A DNA stretch of 64,000 nt from a virus. Lineage: Duplodnaviria; Caudoviricetes. Under the pieces are notes generated by a model. That model was not told where the DNA came from. It saw only the letters and a program-made list of their open reading frames with translations, and ran no database searches. The DNA is taken from positions 62,342 through 126,341 of the IMG/VR virus record IMGVR_UViG_2706795740_000001, one strand, 5' to 3'. Every line of letters begins with the position of its first letter. Position 1 is the first letter of the stretch. A program made the translations under genes and the position numbers. This document shows, piece by piece, positions 18,776-28,662 of the stretch.

Positions 18776-19931
18776 CCCACTCAGATAAGTCGATATCTAC
18801 GCCCTTCATTTTGGCGTAAACCATGTGGTAAATCTTAGCCCACAATACTTCATCTTTCTGAAGTGCGTCACGCCATTGCCTTGCCCCCTGATACTTGGCA
18901 ATCTGCTCACCAGTGACAGGGTCAATTAGTGTCATCCACCCAGAACCCTGAAGAAGCCCAAGGTACTGAGCCATGTTCAGAATGTTAGTGTAGTAATCCA
19001 AACCAAAGCCATAATAGAAATCCACTGCCGCTGTAGCTGACTGCTTGCCGCCGACCTTGTTCTTGACAACCTTGAACTTAATACGCTGACCAATAAACCT
19101 TGGCTCTAGCGGATTACTTTCCTCGAAATTAGGGTTTCCGAAGTCCTTGGTAGTTTGCGACTTAGCGACCTCAATACGTTGAGCGCAAGCGTGCTTAAGT
19201 CGGTTTCCGCCCGGAGTACGATACGGATTCCATTGGTCTCCGATATTGTCCCGAACTTGGTTAAGGTTTATAATATGAGCACCAGATTCATACACAAGTC
19301 CACTGTCAATGCACTGTTCTACATAGCGTGTGACGGCACTAGAGATGCCCCCAACACGTGCGTTGCTCTCCCACTTCTTATCTTGCTCATAAGAAGCCTT
19401 GGAGACCAATGACCCGATAGAGTCAAGTAGAACAATACCCAAACGGTTACGGTATTTCGGATTCCTGAACAAGTCCTCGATACGTTGGAACATGTCTTCC
19501 GCATATGCTGGCTTGCCTTCAGGTTTTCCGATATACAGTATTTTCGAGAAATCTACGCCCATCTGCTCGGCATGTGCTTTCGAGTGATAGGAAGAGTTCT
19601 CAGGGTCGATGATTACATTCAGTCGGTCAGGGTGCGCTTGTTGGGTGGCGGCAATGGTAGAATAACCGATTGTAGACTTACCCGCAGATGGCTCACCGAA
19701 CACCTCAGAAGCACGTCCGCCTGCAAACCCACCACCCAAAGCGTAGTCCAGTGTGGCTACTCCTGTTGGATACCAAATGTCCACTTCGTCTTGCTTGTAG
19801 TTCTCAAACGCCGCAACAGAACCGTCTTTATATCGTTTCTTAAAGTCGCCCTCGATTTCTGAAAGCAAGTCTTCCACAGATATATTTTCTACTGCTTCAT
19901 TCAACTCTTCTACTTTTGTCTTCTTTGCCAA
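18726..19931 (-). CDS. recA: RecA-family recombinase
   Basis: TG...LD.ALGGG, GEPSAGKST Walker A, LDSIGSL, NQVR, TPGG..LKH, KVVKNKV. Confidence 0.95.
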   Translation of the reverse strand: MAKKTKVEELNEAVENISVEDLLSEIEGDFKKRYKDGSVAAFENYKQDEVDIWYPTGVATLDYALGGGFAGGRASEVFGEPSAGKSTIGYSTIAATQQAHPDRLNVIIDPENSSYHSKAHAEQMGVDFSKILYIGKPEGKPAYAEDMFQRIEDLFRNPKYRNRLGIVLLDSIGSLVSKASYEQDKKWESNARVGGISSAVTRYVEQCIDSGLVYESGAHIINLNQVRDNIGDQWNPYRTPGGNRLKHACAQRIEVAKSQTTKDFGNPNFEESNPLEPRFIGQRIKFKVVKNKVGGKQSATAAVDFYYGFGLDYYTNILNMAQYLGLLQGSGWMTLIDPVTGEQIAKYQGARQWRDALQKDEVLWAKIYHMVYAKMKGVDIDLSEWDASEHLSPEGSGEDEQ

Positions 19932-19992
19932 ATGACTTCACTCCTTGATGTAGTTATGGTCATGGATGCCCTCTACAAAGGGCGGGGGTGAG

Positions 19993-20577
19993 CTATTGGC
20001 GGCAATGTAATCGAGGGTCTCCAAGACCAGCAAGGGCGATGTACACCGCACCTTCTTCACTACAATCGCAGTCAGGAAAGGCGCACTCGGCTTCTACATC
20101 CTCGATGTGTTCAAAGAAGTCTTTAGCAACAACTGTTACAATCTTGTCGCCATCATGCATGCGAATAACAGCCGCGTTACCAGTAGAGGCGTAATGGAAC
20201 TCGCCTTCCTGAAGATCAAATTCTGCGGCTTCAATGACGATATCCTGAATTTCGTCATCGGACACTGGCTCGCCACCACAATATTCAAAGTCTTCAGGAA
20301 ATAAAGGAGCGTATTCAAAATCTTCAGATGAGATAGCATCAGACAACTTATCACCCAAGACTTTGATTTCCTCGCGAAGTTTAGCGTTCTCTTCAACAAG
20401 ACGTTCAGCTTCCTTTGCTTTTGCGATCAACCCAATAAGACTTAACCCATCGCTCGCGGAGAGTGGGTTAGATGAAGTAATACCGCCCTCAGGGTCAATC
20501 ACGATAATCCCACCGAACGGGCTTGCAATACCGCCTACGGGAGTGAAGCCACCAATGAAAGAGTTGAATTGTTTCAT
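19993..20577 (-). CDS. Hypothetical acidic protein
   Basis: GGAGG RBS, directly downstream of phage promoter 20620. Confidence 0.65.
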   Translation of the reverse strand: MKQFNSFIGGFTPVGGIASPFGGIIVIDPEGGITSSNPLSASDGLSLIGLIAKAKEAERLVEENAKLREEIKVLGDKLSDAISSEDFEYAPLFPEDFEYCGGEPVSDDEIQDIVIEAAEFDLQEGEFHYASTGNAAVIRMHDGDKIVTVVAKDFFEHIEDVEAECAFPDCDCSEEGAVYIALAGLGDPRLHCRQ

Positions 20578-20633
20578 ACTAGAAATACCTCCAATGTTAT
20601 ATTTAAGCCTTACACTTTTTATGGTCGCTGTTT

Positions 20634-20909
20634 CTATTGGGATAGTTGCGGCGTCTCTGCGGGAGTTTCTTCACGATCAGTAGTCATTACATAGTCGCCG
20701 TTCTCATCGCGGTTAAACATAAAGATAGAATCTACTACCTTCATGCCAAAGTCTTTAGGAATGACCAGTTTGCCGCCTTGCTGTTCTGTAATATAGGACA
20801 GCATTTTGAATATAGCTTCGTTCTGCCCTTTCAGGAACATGATTTCTTTCTGCATCTGAGTAATGGTCGCTGATTGTCGAATGTCAATTAGGCCGTTAGT
20901 GTCTTTCAT
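20634..20909 (-). CDS. Hypothetical protein
   Basis: GGAGG RBS. Confidence 0.6.
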   Translation of the reverse strand: MKDTNGLIDIRQSATITQMQKEIMFLKGQNEAIFKMLSYITEQQGGKLVIPKDFGMKVVDSIFMFNRDENGDYVMTTDREETPAETPQLSQ

Positions 20910-20923
20910 TTATGAACCCTCCA

Positions 20924-21436
20924 TTAGCGTTGTCTGTTTGTGATTGCACGAGAGATAGCGAACTCGATTTTCTCCCAACGCTCAATCTTGCCCTCAAGCA
21001 TGTTTAACGGACGTTTGGCTTCATTCAGTTTGTCCAGCACATATAATGTTACATCGTGCGAACCTGCTTCAGCCCCGCGCAACTCACGCCCTCCGTCTAC
21101 TTCCTTAAAAATGTAGTCTTTGACATATTGCAGAGCACGCTCAAGAGTGTCCACCCTATCGCGCCACACACCGCGTAGCCAGTAGGCATAACCAAGAAGA
21201 CGTGTCCACTTCTCAAGGTAGTCCTCAAGCTGGAAGTTCTGGAGTCTAGTAATCCCTCCGGCGTTATCCATGAGAGCATCCCATTCATCCGGCAATGTCT
21301 CATAAATTTTGGGCGGGGCCACAGGAAAAACAATTCCCGCGTCTAGCAACTTCGAAGGAGCTTGAGCGTTACCGTCATCGAACCAACGTTCTACTATCTG
21401 ATAAAGGCGTTGCTCTTGTTCGTAGCCGAGAGACAT
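20924..21436 (-). CDS. Hypothetical helical protein (possible recombination mediator)
   Basis: Helical with C-terminal ISRAITNR; lies upstream of recA. Confidence 0.55.
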   Translation of the reverse strand: MSLGYEQEQRLYQIVERWFDDGNAQAPSKLLDAGIVFPVAPPKIYETLPDEWDALMDNAGGITRLQNFQLEDYLEKWTRLLGYAYWLRGVWRDRVDTLERALQYVKDYIFKEVDGGRELRGAEAGSHDVTLYVLDKLNEAKRPLNMLEGKIERWEKIEFAISRAITNRQR

Positions 21437-21446
21437 AAGTTACCTC

Positions 21447-21944
21447 CTACTTTTTATTCTTCTTGCCTTTTGCTTTCACTCGGCGTACGGATACGCTTTC
21501 TGTGGTGTTGTTAAAGATGTAATCTAAGAAGCGTTGGTACGACAGTTTTCTATCCTCTACAGCTTTCAGCAAGAATTTAGTATTAATGGAAGTAACAGAC
21601 GCGCCCAAGTCCTTAGCTAACTCCTCCTTGTCCACTTTCTTGGTTGTACGCTCTGCCAATTTGACCTTCAATTCATGTAGGTCAGTCCCGTCCAATGGTA
21701 CAGTTAATTCGTACACAAGGCTGTTCTTCATCTCCTCTGCGATGTTGTACTTGACTTGTTCGAGACGCTCCACTAGTTTTTTGATATGCTCTTGAATAAC
21801 AAATGCTTCACGGACGTAATTTTCCAAGTAAGTGGGAGAATCACCATGGCGCTCACGAGACACTTCTACGCCGTCCTTGTAGCGGATAGTTTCGGATGGC
21901 TGTAGTTCTTGGCCATTGAAGGTGATTTTCGGCATGTTTTCCAT
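21447..21944 (-). CDS. Hypothetical protein
   Basis: GGGGG RBS, basic tail. Confidence 0.6.
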   Translation of the reverse strand: MENMPKITFNGQELQPSETIRYKDGVEVSRERHGDSPTYLENYVREAFVIQEHIKKLVERLEQVKYNIAEEMKNSLVYELTVPLDGTDLHELKVKLAERTTKKVDKEELAKDLGASVTSINTKFLLKAVEDRKLSYQRFLDYIFNNTTESVSVRRVKAKGKKNKK

Positions 21945-21963
21945 TATTTATTTCCCCCTAGAG

Positions 21964-22200
21964 TTATTTAGATGGTTTGCAAGTGATATCCGTTTTGGTA
22001 ATGGCTACACTGCTTCCGTTGTTTCGTTCAACAAGGATGTAGTCACACCCGTCAACACTCATTCGGTAAACTGTCATGAAGCGTTTTTTGGCAATTACAT
22101 GTAATTTTTCTAAGCCCTCTTCTTTAACTGTTTCACTTTCTTCTGCGCACCCCGTCAACATGAGGGCGGCTAAGATGAGCGGCACTAGCAGTTTTCTCAT
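21964..22200 (-). CDS. Lipoprotein
   Basis: Lipobox LTGC. Confidence 0.7.
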   Translation of the reverse strand: MRKLLVPLILAALMLTGCAEESETVKEEGLEKLHVIAKKRFMTVYRMSVDGCDYILVERNNGSSVAITKTDITCKPSK

Positions 22201-22718
22201 AGGAAGTCCTCCTTAAGAAAGTGGTTGATATAGCCTGCGTACCCTACAGCCACAGCATCAGACTCGTTATCGTTATTCCACTCATTCGGTAATCCCAATA
22301 TTTCAGCAATTCCTTCCTGCACTTCTATCTTCTCGGCCCTTCCGTTTCCAGTAGCAACTTTCTTGACAGTAGTCACTGCAATTTCGATTAACTCCATACC
22401 GACAAGTTCTGACTCCATCGCTCCGCGAGCCTTGAATACCCCGTGATTCGATCTATTCTGCTTACCCTTTGTGAAACCCATCTCTGAGAAGACCTTGTTG
22501 TAGAGAGGTTGATATTTAGCGCGTAGTTCCTTTACCTTTGCTTGAATCAGGGCAAGCTTTACGCTGTGGGGCGCGTCTCCCCAAGTGGCGTTTCGACCGG
22601 ACACCATGCCCTTCTCCGCAAGACGGGGATTCTTGTATCGCACGTCTAGGACGGCGTACCCGAACCCGTCAAGCGATGGGTCAAAGGAAAGGATGAACTG
22701 CGGCTTAGGAGTTGACAA
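22197..22718 (-). CDS. ruvC: RuvC-like Holliday junction resolvase
   Basis: ILSFDPSL..FGYAVL, SE, VKK.ATGNGRAEK, NESDAVAV; probable TTG start at 22718. Confidence 0.85.
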   Translation of the reverse strand: MSTPKPQFILSFDPSLDGFGYAVLDVRYKNPRLAEKGMVSGRNATWGDAPHSVKLALIQAKVKELRAKYQPLYNKVFSEMGFTKGKQNRSNHGVFKARGAMESELVGMELIEIAVTTVKKVATGNGRAEKIEVQEGIAEILGLPNEWNNDNESDAVAVGYAGYINHFLKEDFL

Positions 22719-23097
22719 GTCGAGTGTAGTCCGACAGAAGTTTTGCAAACTCAGGGTCGCTCTGAGCAAGCATGTTGTATACGATGCTGTCTTCCAGTTG
22801 TTGACGGCGTTCTTCAAGACGTGCCTTCAGCTTCTTTGCTTCTTTCTCACGGAACTTGCGGCGATTGTGAGTAGTCATATCAATCTTCTGGATAACCCAA
22901 GCTGTAGCTCTCTCGTAAGTCTCACCGATAGCAAGGCGAATCACCGTCTTTACGGTGGCGATTTGCAGACCGTGGCGGGTCTCGACAACAACCTTATCCC
23001 CGATTCCGATATCAATTACTTCGCACTCATACTTGAAGTCGTATTCCTTGCTATATGAGCAGTCATCAAACTTAACTCCGATAATGTAATTCACCAT
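22705..23097 (-). CDS. Hypothetical protein (PSP1-N-like SH3 plus coiled coil)
   Basis: KEYDF...GDKVVVET motif. Confidence 0.6.
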   Translation of the reverse strand: MVNYIIGVKFDDCSYSKEYDFKYECEVIDIGIGDKVVVETRHGLQIATVKTVIRLAIGETYERATAWVIQKIDMTTHNRRKFREKEAKKLKARLEERRQQLEDSIVYNMLAQSDPEFAKLLSDYTRLVNS

Positions 23098-23268
23098 TCC
23101 TACCCCTCCACTGGAACAAGTCTTGTAAAAATGTCGATATAGTCTGCTTTGTTCATCTCCATAAGCATTTCTAACTTCTCCTGCTCTGGTTCAATGTCTA
23201 CCACCATTTCAATAGGCGATTTAGTGGCGGACAAGAAGCCGATACGGAGAACAACCTTACGTTCTAAC

Positions 23269-24180
23269 TTAGGCAATACTCTCACGCTCCTTGATGATCT
23301 CCTTAACAAGTGGGGCGACAGTCTTACCCAAGTACCTTAAGGCTACCTTGTCATTGAAAGGCTCTACTTCGCAGTAGTACATGCCTTCCTCTGCCATGAT
23401 GTCATCCAAGATATTGAGGTTTTTCAGAATAGTCCCCATTTCTTCGACCCCGAAATTCGGGGAAACTACTCCTGCATCTATCAGTTTCAGGAGTAGTTTT
23501 TCTACCCGTGCTTTTGTCACATAATTGCTTAAGAACAAGGCTTCGGGTGGCTGTTTCACAGGGTCGCGCGGTAGCTTTTGTGGCTGGACTTCAGCAAATG
23601 CTTCAGAAACAAGTTTTACAAACATTTGCTCTTTATCCCCGAATGGTGTACGATAAGAATAATTTTTAACTACGATACCCTCTCCGCCTGTTGGGTTATC
23701 AGCCAAAGCTGAACGTCCTACAAAGCGCATGAGGTGGTCAAACCCTTGATAAAGCCCTGCGTACAACACGGGGGCGAGTTGAAGATTTAGCTCAAAAGCT
23801 TCGATAACTACCATCGGGAAATCCATGTACACATCGGACTTTTCTTGGTAAACATCGAACAAATAAAATTGATTTTTATTGACTCCATATTGCACCTTGT
23901 GCTGAACTAACCACTCGCCAAAGTAGATTCGGTTCGGCATAAGGTCATCGGGGTCAATGTTTTTGTGTGCCCATTGATAGAAGCCGCGGAGGTTGTTACT
24001 CTCATCCAGTTTGGTATTCCGACTAAAGCACTCAAGTGCGCCGCCCGCACCTCTTTTGAAGCTGGCGTTCGCGCCATCAAGTTTTTCAAATACTACGACA
24101 TAGTCTCCATCTTGCAGTACACCCTCGGTGGAGCGGTGTCCAAAACGTGTGATGGACATATATTTCTTTTGGTTAGACAT
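23269..24180 (-). CDS. RNA ligase, Rnl2-like family
   Basis: EKLDGAN motif I, FGEW, FYLFD, GEGIVVK, VKLVS; ATG 24180 with AGGGG RBS. Confidence 0.85.
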   Translation of the reverse strand: MSNQKKYMSITRFGHRSTEGVLQDGDYVVVFEKLDGANASFKRGAGGALECFSRNTKLDESNNLRGFYQWAHKNIDPDDLMPNRIYFGEWLVQHKVQYGVNKNQFYLFDVYQEKSDVYMDFPMVVIEAFELNLQLAPVLYAGLYQGFDHLMRFVGRSALADNPTGGEGIVVKNYSYRTPFGDKEQMFVKLVSEAFAEVQPQKLPRDPVKQPPEALFLSNYVTKARVEKLLLKLIDAGVVSPNFGVEEMGTILKNLNILDDIMAEEGMYYCEVEPFNDKVALRYLGKTVAPLVKEIIKERESIA

Positions 24181-24568
24181 GTAAGAAGTCCCCCTTAATC
24201 TCTCTGATAATGTCGATCTTACTGTCATACTGTGACCAGTCCAGCGTGGCGTGGCAGTCATGGCTGTAGTTCCGATAAGTAGTGATGACATTCTGAGTGT
24301 CAGGTTCAAACACCGCACACACTTCACAATTTCTACCAACTAGAAAGTGCCCTCGGTAAAGAATCCGATGCTTCCCGTCTACTTGGTGATACTCTACAAT
24401 TGAGCCTTCAGTAAGAACACGTAAGGCATCCACTTTCGTTACCATACGCCCTCTGACTCTCTTGAAAGAATACAAAGTAAAGCTCCAATTGCTTACTTTG
24501 CCAACATATTGGTTAAGAAACTCTAATTCCTTACTGCTCATCTGAGTGTGATGTTTTCTCATCTTCAT
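24173..24568 (-). CDS. DUF4258-like (BECR-fold) protein
   Basis: G.IVEYH, R.L.RG, VITTY.N...D.H.TL pattern. Confidence 0.5.
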   Translation of the reverse strand: MKMRKHHTQMSSKELEFLNQYVGKVSNWSFTLYSFKRVRGRMVTKVDALRVLTEGSIVEYHQVDGKHRILYRGHFLVGRNCEVCAVFEPDTQNVITTYRNYSHDCHATLDWSQYDSKIDIIREIKGDFLHV

Positions 24569-24731
24569 GTACCTCCCTACTCTTTATGGTCGAACCATGT
24601 CATTGATTAGTTGTGGTCAGCGTTTCATCATTTGCCTTACAACTTTTATGTGGTGAGATAGGAGGATACAGTTGAGAATCCATAAAAAGCCCTTCAAGAA
24701 AGGCAACTTCTTGAAGGGTCTAGGGAATTTT

Positions 24732-25595
24732 CTAGGAATTGTATGCTTGAAATGTCGGGCATAGTCGGCTATAGCCACAGAAATTCTTACAATAAAACTC
24801 TTGGTACTGTGCTGGAAAATTACCAGAATTGCGATAGTGAAGCATCTTCATAAACTGAAAATGTATGGTATTCTTCACTCTAGTCAAGTCTTCAAGGGGA
24901 ATAGATACCTCGGCTATTTTATTAAATCTAGTAAAATGGTATCGGTACGTATGAGGAATCTCTCCAAACAGAAAATAACAAGCCATCCCATACTTTTGCA
25001 ATTGAGACTTCTGCATGATTGCGTTCTTACTGTATGGCTTGGACGTTTTATAGTCAGTTACAATAAGACCATTCTCGTCTCGTTCTACTTTATCAATAAA
25101 CCCAATGAGTGGGGGCAAGCCTGCAATCAAGTCAATCTTGAAAGCTGTCTCAATACCAACAACCTTAGACCAATCCATGTCTGGCAAAGAAAAAATAAAC
25201 GTCAATCCTTGACTATAGTATTCGTTCTTTTTTTCAGGGGTTGGGAACTCGATCATAGGGAATAGTTCTTCATAGATAGCAAGCATCTCTTTGAGAGTAA
25301 GTCCTTGCTCCCGCTCCATAAGACGGTTTCCGTAGGAATCCATATAAGAATGAATATTCTCTTTATTGTTTTCCCTAGAAACCGTAAAAGGAATATCCCT
25401 ATAAAAGTTAGTTCTTGGGTAATACTCTGCAAAAAAGTGCATAAGAGAGCCATATTGAGCGTAAAAGTTGACTACTCCCTCCTGCTTAGGCTTATCGGGG
25501 TTCATGTACCTGTGATAGTAGGTAAGAGGACACGCTTCGAACCTATCCAAGCTACTATTTGATAACTGGGTTATCGGTAGGCTTTGCAACATCAT
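24732..25595 (-). CDS. PD-(D/E)XK RecB/Cas4-like nuclease
   Basis: SNSSL...CP, G...H, GFIDKV, DYKT, QL.KY, C-terminal C...C...C. Confidence 0.85.
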   Translation of the reverse strand: MMLQSLPITQLSNSSLDRFEACPLTYYHRYMNPDKPKQEGVVNFYAQYGSLMHFFAEYYPRTNFYRDIPFTVSRENNKENIHSYMDSYGNRLMEREQGLTLKEMLAIYEELFPMIEFPTPEKKNEYYSQGLTFIFSLPDMDWSKVVGIETAFKIDLIAGLPPLIGFIDKVERDENGLIVTDYKTSKPYSKNAIMQKSQLQKYGMACYFLFGEIPHTYRYHFTRFNKIAEVSIPLEDLTRVKNTIHFQFMKMLHYRNSGNFPAQYQEFYCKNFCGYSRLCPTFQAYNS

Positions 25596-25887
25596 CCTTC
25601 ACCTCTTCTGCTTTAATACTCCAATGTGTCACCTTAGAAAAAAGAACCCCTGTTACCTCTCCCTTGATGTTCTCCACCGCAAAAATCTCGTTCTCGCGAT
25701 GGTACTTACTAAACACCTGCTTGTATCCTTTTAGTACATCCTTGACATTCTTGAGAACAATCTCTACAGGCTTCGCTTCCCCGTCTTTCCCGGCTATCCC
25801 TACCATCTTAGCGTCACCCACAAGCCACTCGACCCGTCTGGTTTTTCCATTGTCAAGGAAGAATATGGCAGTCATCTTCACCTTCAT
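25555..25887 (-). CDS. Hypothetical protein
   Basis: Coupled ORF. Confidence 0.55.
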   Translation of the reverse strand: MKVKMTAIFFLDNGKTRRVEWLVGDAKMVGIAGKDGEAKPVEIVLKNVKDVLKGYKQVFSKYHRENEIFAVENIKGEVTGVLFSKVTHWSIKAEEVKDDVAKPTDNPVIK

Positions 25888-26222
25888 TCCTTCTCACCTT
25901 CTTCCGTTGACGTGTAGCGGTAGTCCCTGAAGTCCTTAATATGAATTTCAATATCTTTCATCCATCCAGACTCTTCATTTAACATCTTCTCGACTATTTC
26001 AAGGTCTGTAAGATTCTTCTTACTGACCGGAGGTATAATAGATTCTTCTCCTAACTCATACCGTTTCCACCAGCGGCGCAGAGTCTCAAGAGTTAAGGTC
26101 TGATTCAAGAAATTTCCGCAGTGGTTGCACCAAAGAACCAATGACTTATCGCACTCCATCTCTTCCGGTGTAAAGGAAGATTTGCCCCCGCAGTGGGGGC
26201 ATTGATTTGTAAAGCCTATCAT
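25884..26222 (-). CDS. Zn-ribbon protein
   Basis: CPHC and CNHC. Confidence 0.6.
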   Translation of the reverse strand: MIGFTNQCPHCGGKSSFTPEEMECDKSLVLWCNHCGNFLNQTLTLETLRRWWKRYELGEESIIPPVSKKNLTDLEIVEKMLNEESGWMKDIEIHIKDFRDYRYTSTEEGEKE

Positions 26223-26461
26223 TCTTCCTCACCTTCGTCCTCAACATCTGATTCAACAATATCGAAAGTAATGTCCATGTGGTCATCAGCTATGTGCCGT
26301 TCTTCACCGTCAAACGTTACGATGAAGTATGCTCGTTGCATTCTATTTGGAGCGGAAATAAAGCCAGTGATTTTACCTACTGCACCTTTTGGTACTAGAA
26401 CGGTATGTCCTGCTTTTATATCTTCCTTTGCCTTAATTACCTGACCAACTTCATATGTCAT
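26219..26461 (-). CDS. Hypothetical SH3-like protein
   Basis: YEVGQVI start, GAGG RBS. Confidence 0.55.
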   Translation of the reverse strand: MTYEVGQVIKAKEDIKAGHTVLVPKGAVGKITGFISAPNRMQRAYFIVTFDGEERHIADDHMDITFDIVESDVEDEGEEE

Positions 26462-26495
26462 TTATTTCACCTCAAGGTTTGTGGTTGGACTGGAA

Positions 26496-26870
26496 TTACT
26501 TCGAGTTACGTAGGTTGTTGCGTAGTTTGCTCCATTGATTCTTTACTTTGTCTGTACCTTTTTGAAGTTCAGTGACATCGTTATTCTCTGTTACAGGGCG
26601 AATGAAGGAGGAAATAAGAGACAGGCCTGCAAACACAGAAGGAAGCATAGATACTGTGATGGTAGTATGAAAGATTGTGGATAACGCCCCTGCTACGAAA
26701 CTGCCTGCCACAAACGCCACACCGTGACCAATTACCCAACCAATCAATATTGCCAGCAGAGGCTTTAGGATGAGTAACAAAGCCACTAGAGAAAGACCCG
26801 CCGCGCCAATACCTGCGCTAATTGCTGTTACTCCCAAGCCCACTAAGATTGCGTCCATAATCTTTTTCAT
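26496..26870 (-). CDS. Membrane protein
   Basis: Long hydrophobic segments. Confidence 0.6.
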   Translation of the reverse strand: MKKIMDAILVGLGVTAISAGIGAAGLSLVALLLILKPLLAILIGWVIGHGVAFVAGSFVAGALSTIFHTTITVSMLPSVFAGLSLISSFIRPVTENNDVTELQKGTDKVKNQWSKLRNNLRNSK

Positions 26871-27085
26871 TGTCTTGTTTCCCCCTTGAAATATTTAAAA
26901 TAATCATAATTTTCACTAACAGGCTCGTACTGAATGTCGTTGTCAGCGTGATACGGCTCTGTATGAATCACCTTTAATTCTTGAATGTCCCTCGGAATGC
27001 CGTTAGGATACGCCATGCAAGTCATGGCCGCCCTGTCGTCCCTATTAAAGTGCTTGCAGAATATGCAAGGTACTGTAATATCCAT
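26867..27085 (-). CDS. Small Cys/His-rich protein of the type found beside phage polymorphic effectors
   Basis: C..CKHF...C.AYP.GIP..I....H..P...DNDIQYE. Confidence 0.6.
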   Translation of the reverse strand: MDITVPCIFCKHFNRDDRAAMTCMAYPNGIPRDIQELKVIHTEPYHADNDIQYEPVSENYDYFKYFKGETRQ

Positions 27086-27097
27086 ACAAACCCTCCC

Positions 27098-27307
27098 CTA
27101 GAAGTCGTACTCCTGTTCTTCAGGTTCTTTCAAATCCATTCCTAGAATGCAACCAATCTCATAGAGGACATGAGACTCCCCGCAGTTACAACCGTCTTCA
27201 AAAACGTCTGTACTGTTACCCATAGACCTCTCTTCTGTGTACCCGCAAGCCACGGCGCTGTACCTAGTTTCGATAAGTTCTTTAATCTTCAAGATTTTGT
27301 CGTCCAT
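27098..27307 (-). CDS. Hypothetical protein
   Basis: GGAGG RBS. Confidence 0.6.
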   Translation of the reverse strand: MDDKILKIKELIETRYSAVACGYTEERSMGNSTDVFEDGCNCGESHVLYEIGCILGMDLKEPEEQEYDF

Positions 27308-27328
27308 GCTTACCTCCTGAATTTTTTA

Positions 27329-28450
27329 TTACCAACCAGAGCACTTATAACCGCCGTACTGTTCATACCACTCCCATATCTTAGGGTCGATATGGACTCC
27401 AGTTATCTTGGCAGTGAATGTCTCAGGCATTAACTCGATAGGAAACCACTTTGTCGCATAGTTGCATAAGTTATTTGCAATGTACGTTGCGTCAGCATTG
27501 TTTAGGATTGTCTTAGCTCCGTAGTTATCAGGGTCTAGCTCTGAAATCTTATAAAACTGCTTCTCCCCTACATTATGGAAGTGCAACCAGTGACCGATTT
27601 CATGGATGGCCGTTCGCAACTTGTTTGGCGAAGACTTTTGCCCTGAGTCGTACTCTGCTTGAGCAATCTGTGCGGCGTTCTTAAAGTCGTATTTATTGTG
27701 TATCACGACCTCGCCTGTAGGTGGATTGAAATAGCCATTTGCGCCGTTTGCGTTCTTGATGTTAATGGTCAGCTTGTGCTTCTGAATCATGTCAGCAAAG
27801 CCGCCACATGTATTCAATAGAAAAGCCAATGCTTCAGTCACGTAGTTTGCGGCATCTAGCTTCTTTGCAAAGTTAACATCAACACCCAAGTCATTAGCCC
27901 ATTTCTCAGCTTCATCAACAGAAGTGAACGGTTGCCACGTGATAGGGAGCTGAATACCTCCGCCAGCGGGTGGGGCTGGAGGTTCTTGATTGTCAGGCAG
28001 TTCTGGCGGCGGGTCAGGATAAGTCCCCAAGTCTGTTGTACCTGTCAGTTCCAAATCGACTTCAGGGTCAGTCAAGAAGTGATACATAAGTTCAATTTTC
28101 TTGCTGTCTCCATGTGGTGTGCGGAACTCGAACACGAACTCTTTTCCTGCTTTGACGGGGTGGGCCACCATAAATGGCAGTCCTTCTTCCCAATTCTTAC
28201 AGTGGATGTTCTTTGCTACTTGTTTACCATCGACTGTAAGATTCCAATAGTCTTCTGGACTCGGCATACTAGAACGGATAGATACAGCGTAGAACTCAAG
28301 GTCATGGGACATGTAGAACACGTCCTTTATTGCCCTATCGCCTTGAGCCTTGCTTGGAATCTCAATTGACCTGCCGACAAAATGCGGAGAAGTTTTAGTA
28401 GGATAATAGGGAGGGTCTAGCCTACCGCCGACAATGTACCTTGAAAACAC
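27329..28450 (-). CDS. Two-domain protein: beta-rich N-domain, Pro-rich linker, C-terminal zincin metallopeptidase
   Basis: HEIGHWLH HExxH plus downstream YA....E...E.F; linker PDPPPELPDNQEPPAPP. Confidence 0.7.
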   Translation of the reverse strand: MFSRYIVGGRLDPPYYPTKTSPHFVGRSIEIPSKAQGDRAIKDVFYMSHDLEFYAVSIRSSMPSPEDYWNLTVDGKQVAKNIHCKNWEEGLPFMVAHPVKAGKEFVFEFRTPHGDSKKIELMYHFLTDPEVDLELTGTTDLGTYPDPPPELPDNQEPPAPPAGGGIQLPITWQPFTSVDEAEKWANDLGVDVNFAKKLDAANYVTEALAFLLNTCGGFADMIQKHKLTINIKNANGANGYFNPPTGEVVIHNKYDFKNAAQIAQAEYDSGQKSSPNKLRTAIHEIGHWLHFHNVGEKQFYKISELDPDNYGAKTILNNADATYIANNLCNYATKWFPIELMPETFTAKITGVHIDPKIWEWYEQYGGYKCSGW

Positions 28451-28662
28451 TACCTGTACCTCCCTAATAATTTGTTAATAAGTACAGACAGTCGAGACTT
28501 TGCCTTATGTGGTTTCCTTGATTTCTCTAGTTCCCTTACCTTCTGGTACAGGGCTTCTTTGCGAGTCACAGCTTGCTGATAGCTATAGTCTTGCTGTTTA
28601 GCCCTAAAGCCGTTGTCCCTGATTAGAACAATTTGGCGGGCTAATTTAGCTCCCATGCTCAT
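28450..28662 (-). CDS. Hypothetical basic protein
   Basis: Coupled ORF. Confidence 0.5.
   Translation of the reverse strand: MSMGAKLARQIVLIRDNGFRAKQQDYSYQQAVTRKEALYQKVRELEKSRKPHKAKSRLSVLINKLLGRYR

Noticed and set aside
13602-19985. Extra copies of the phage promoter before nrdJ (~13602) and recA (~19954), also ~24647
   Set aside because: -35 element or spacing does not fit, so not counted
24732-25595. Cas4-like nuclease as evidence of a CRISPR-Cas locus
   Set aside because: No other cas genes and no repeat-spacer array; stand-alone PD-(D/E)XK nucleases are common in phage recombination modules
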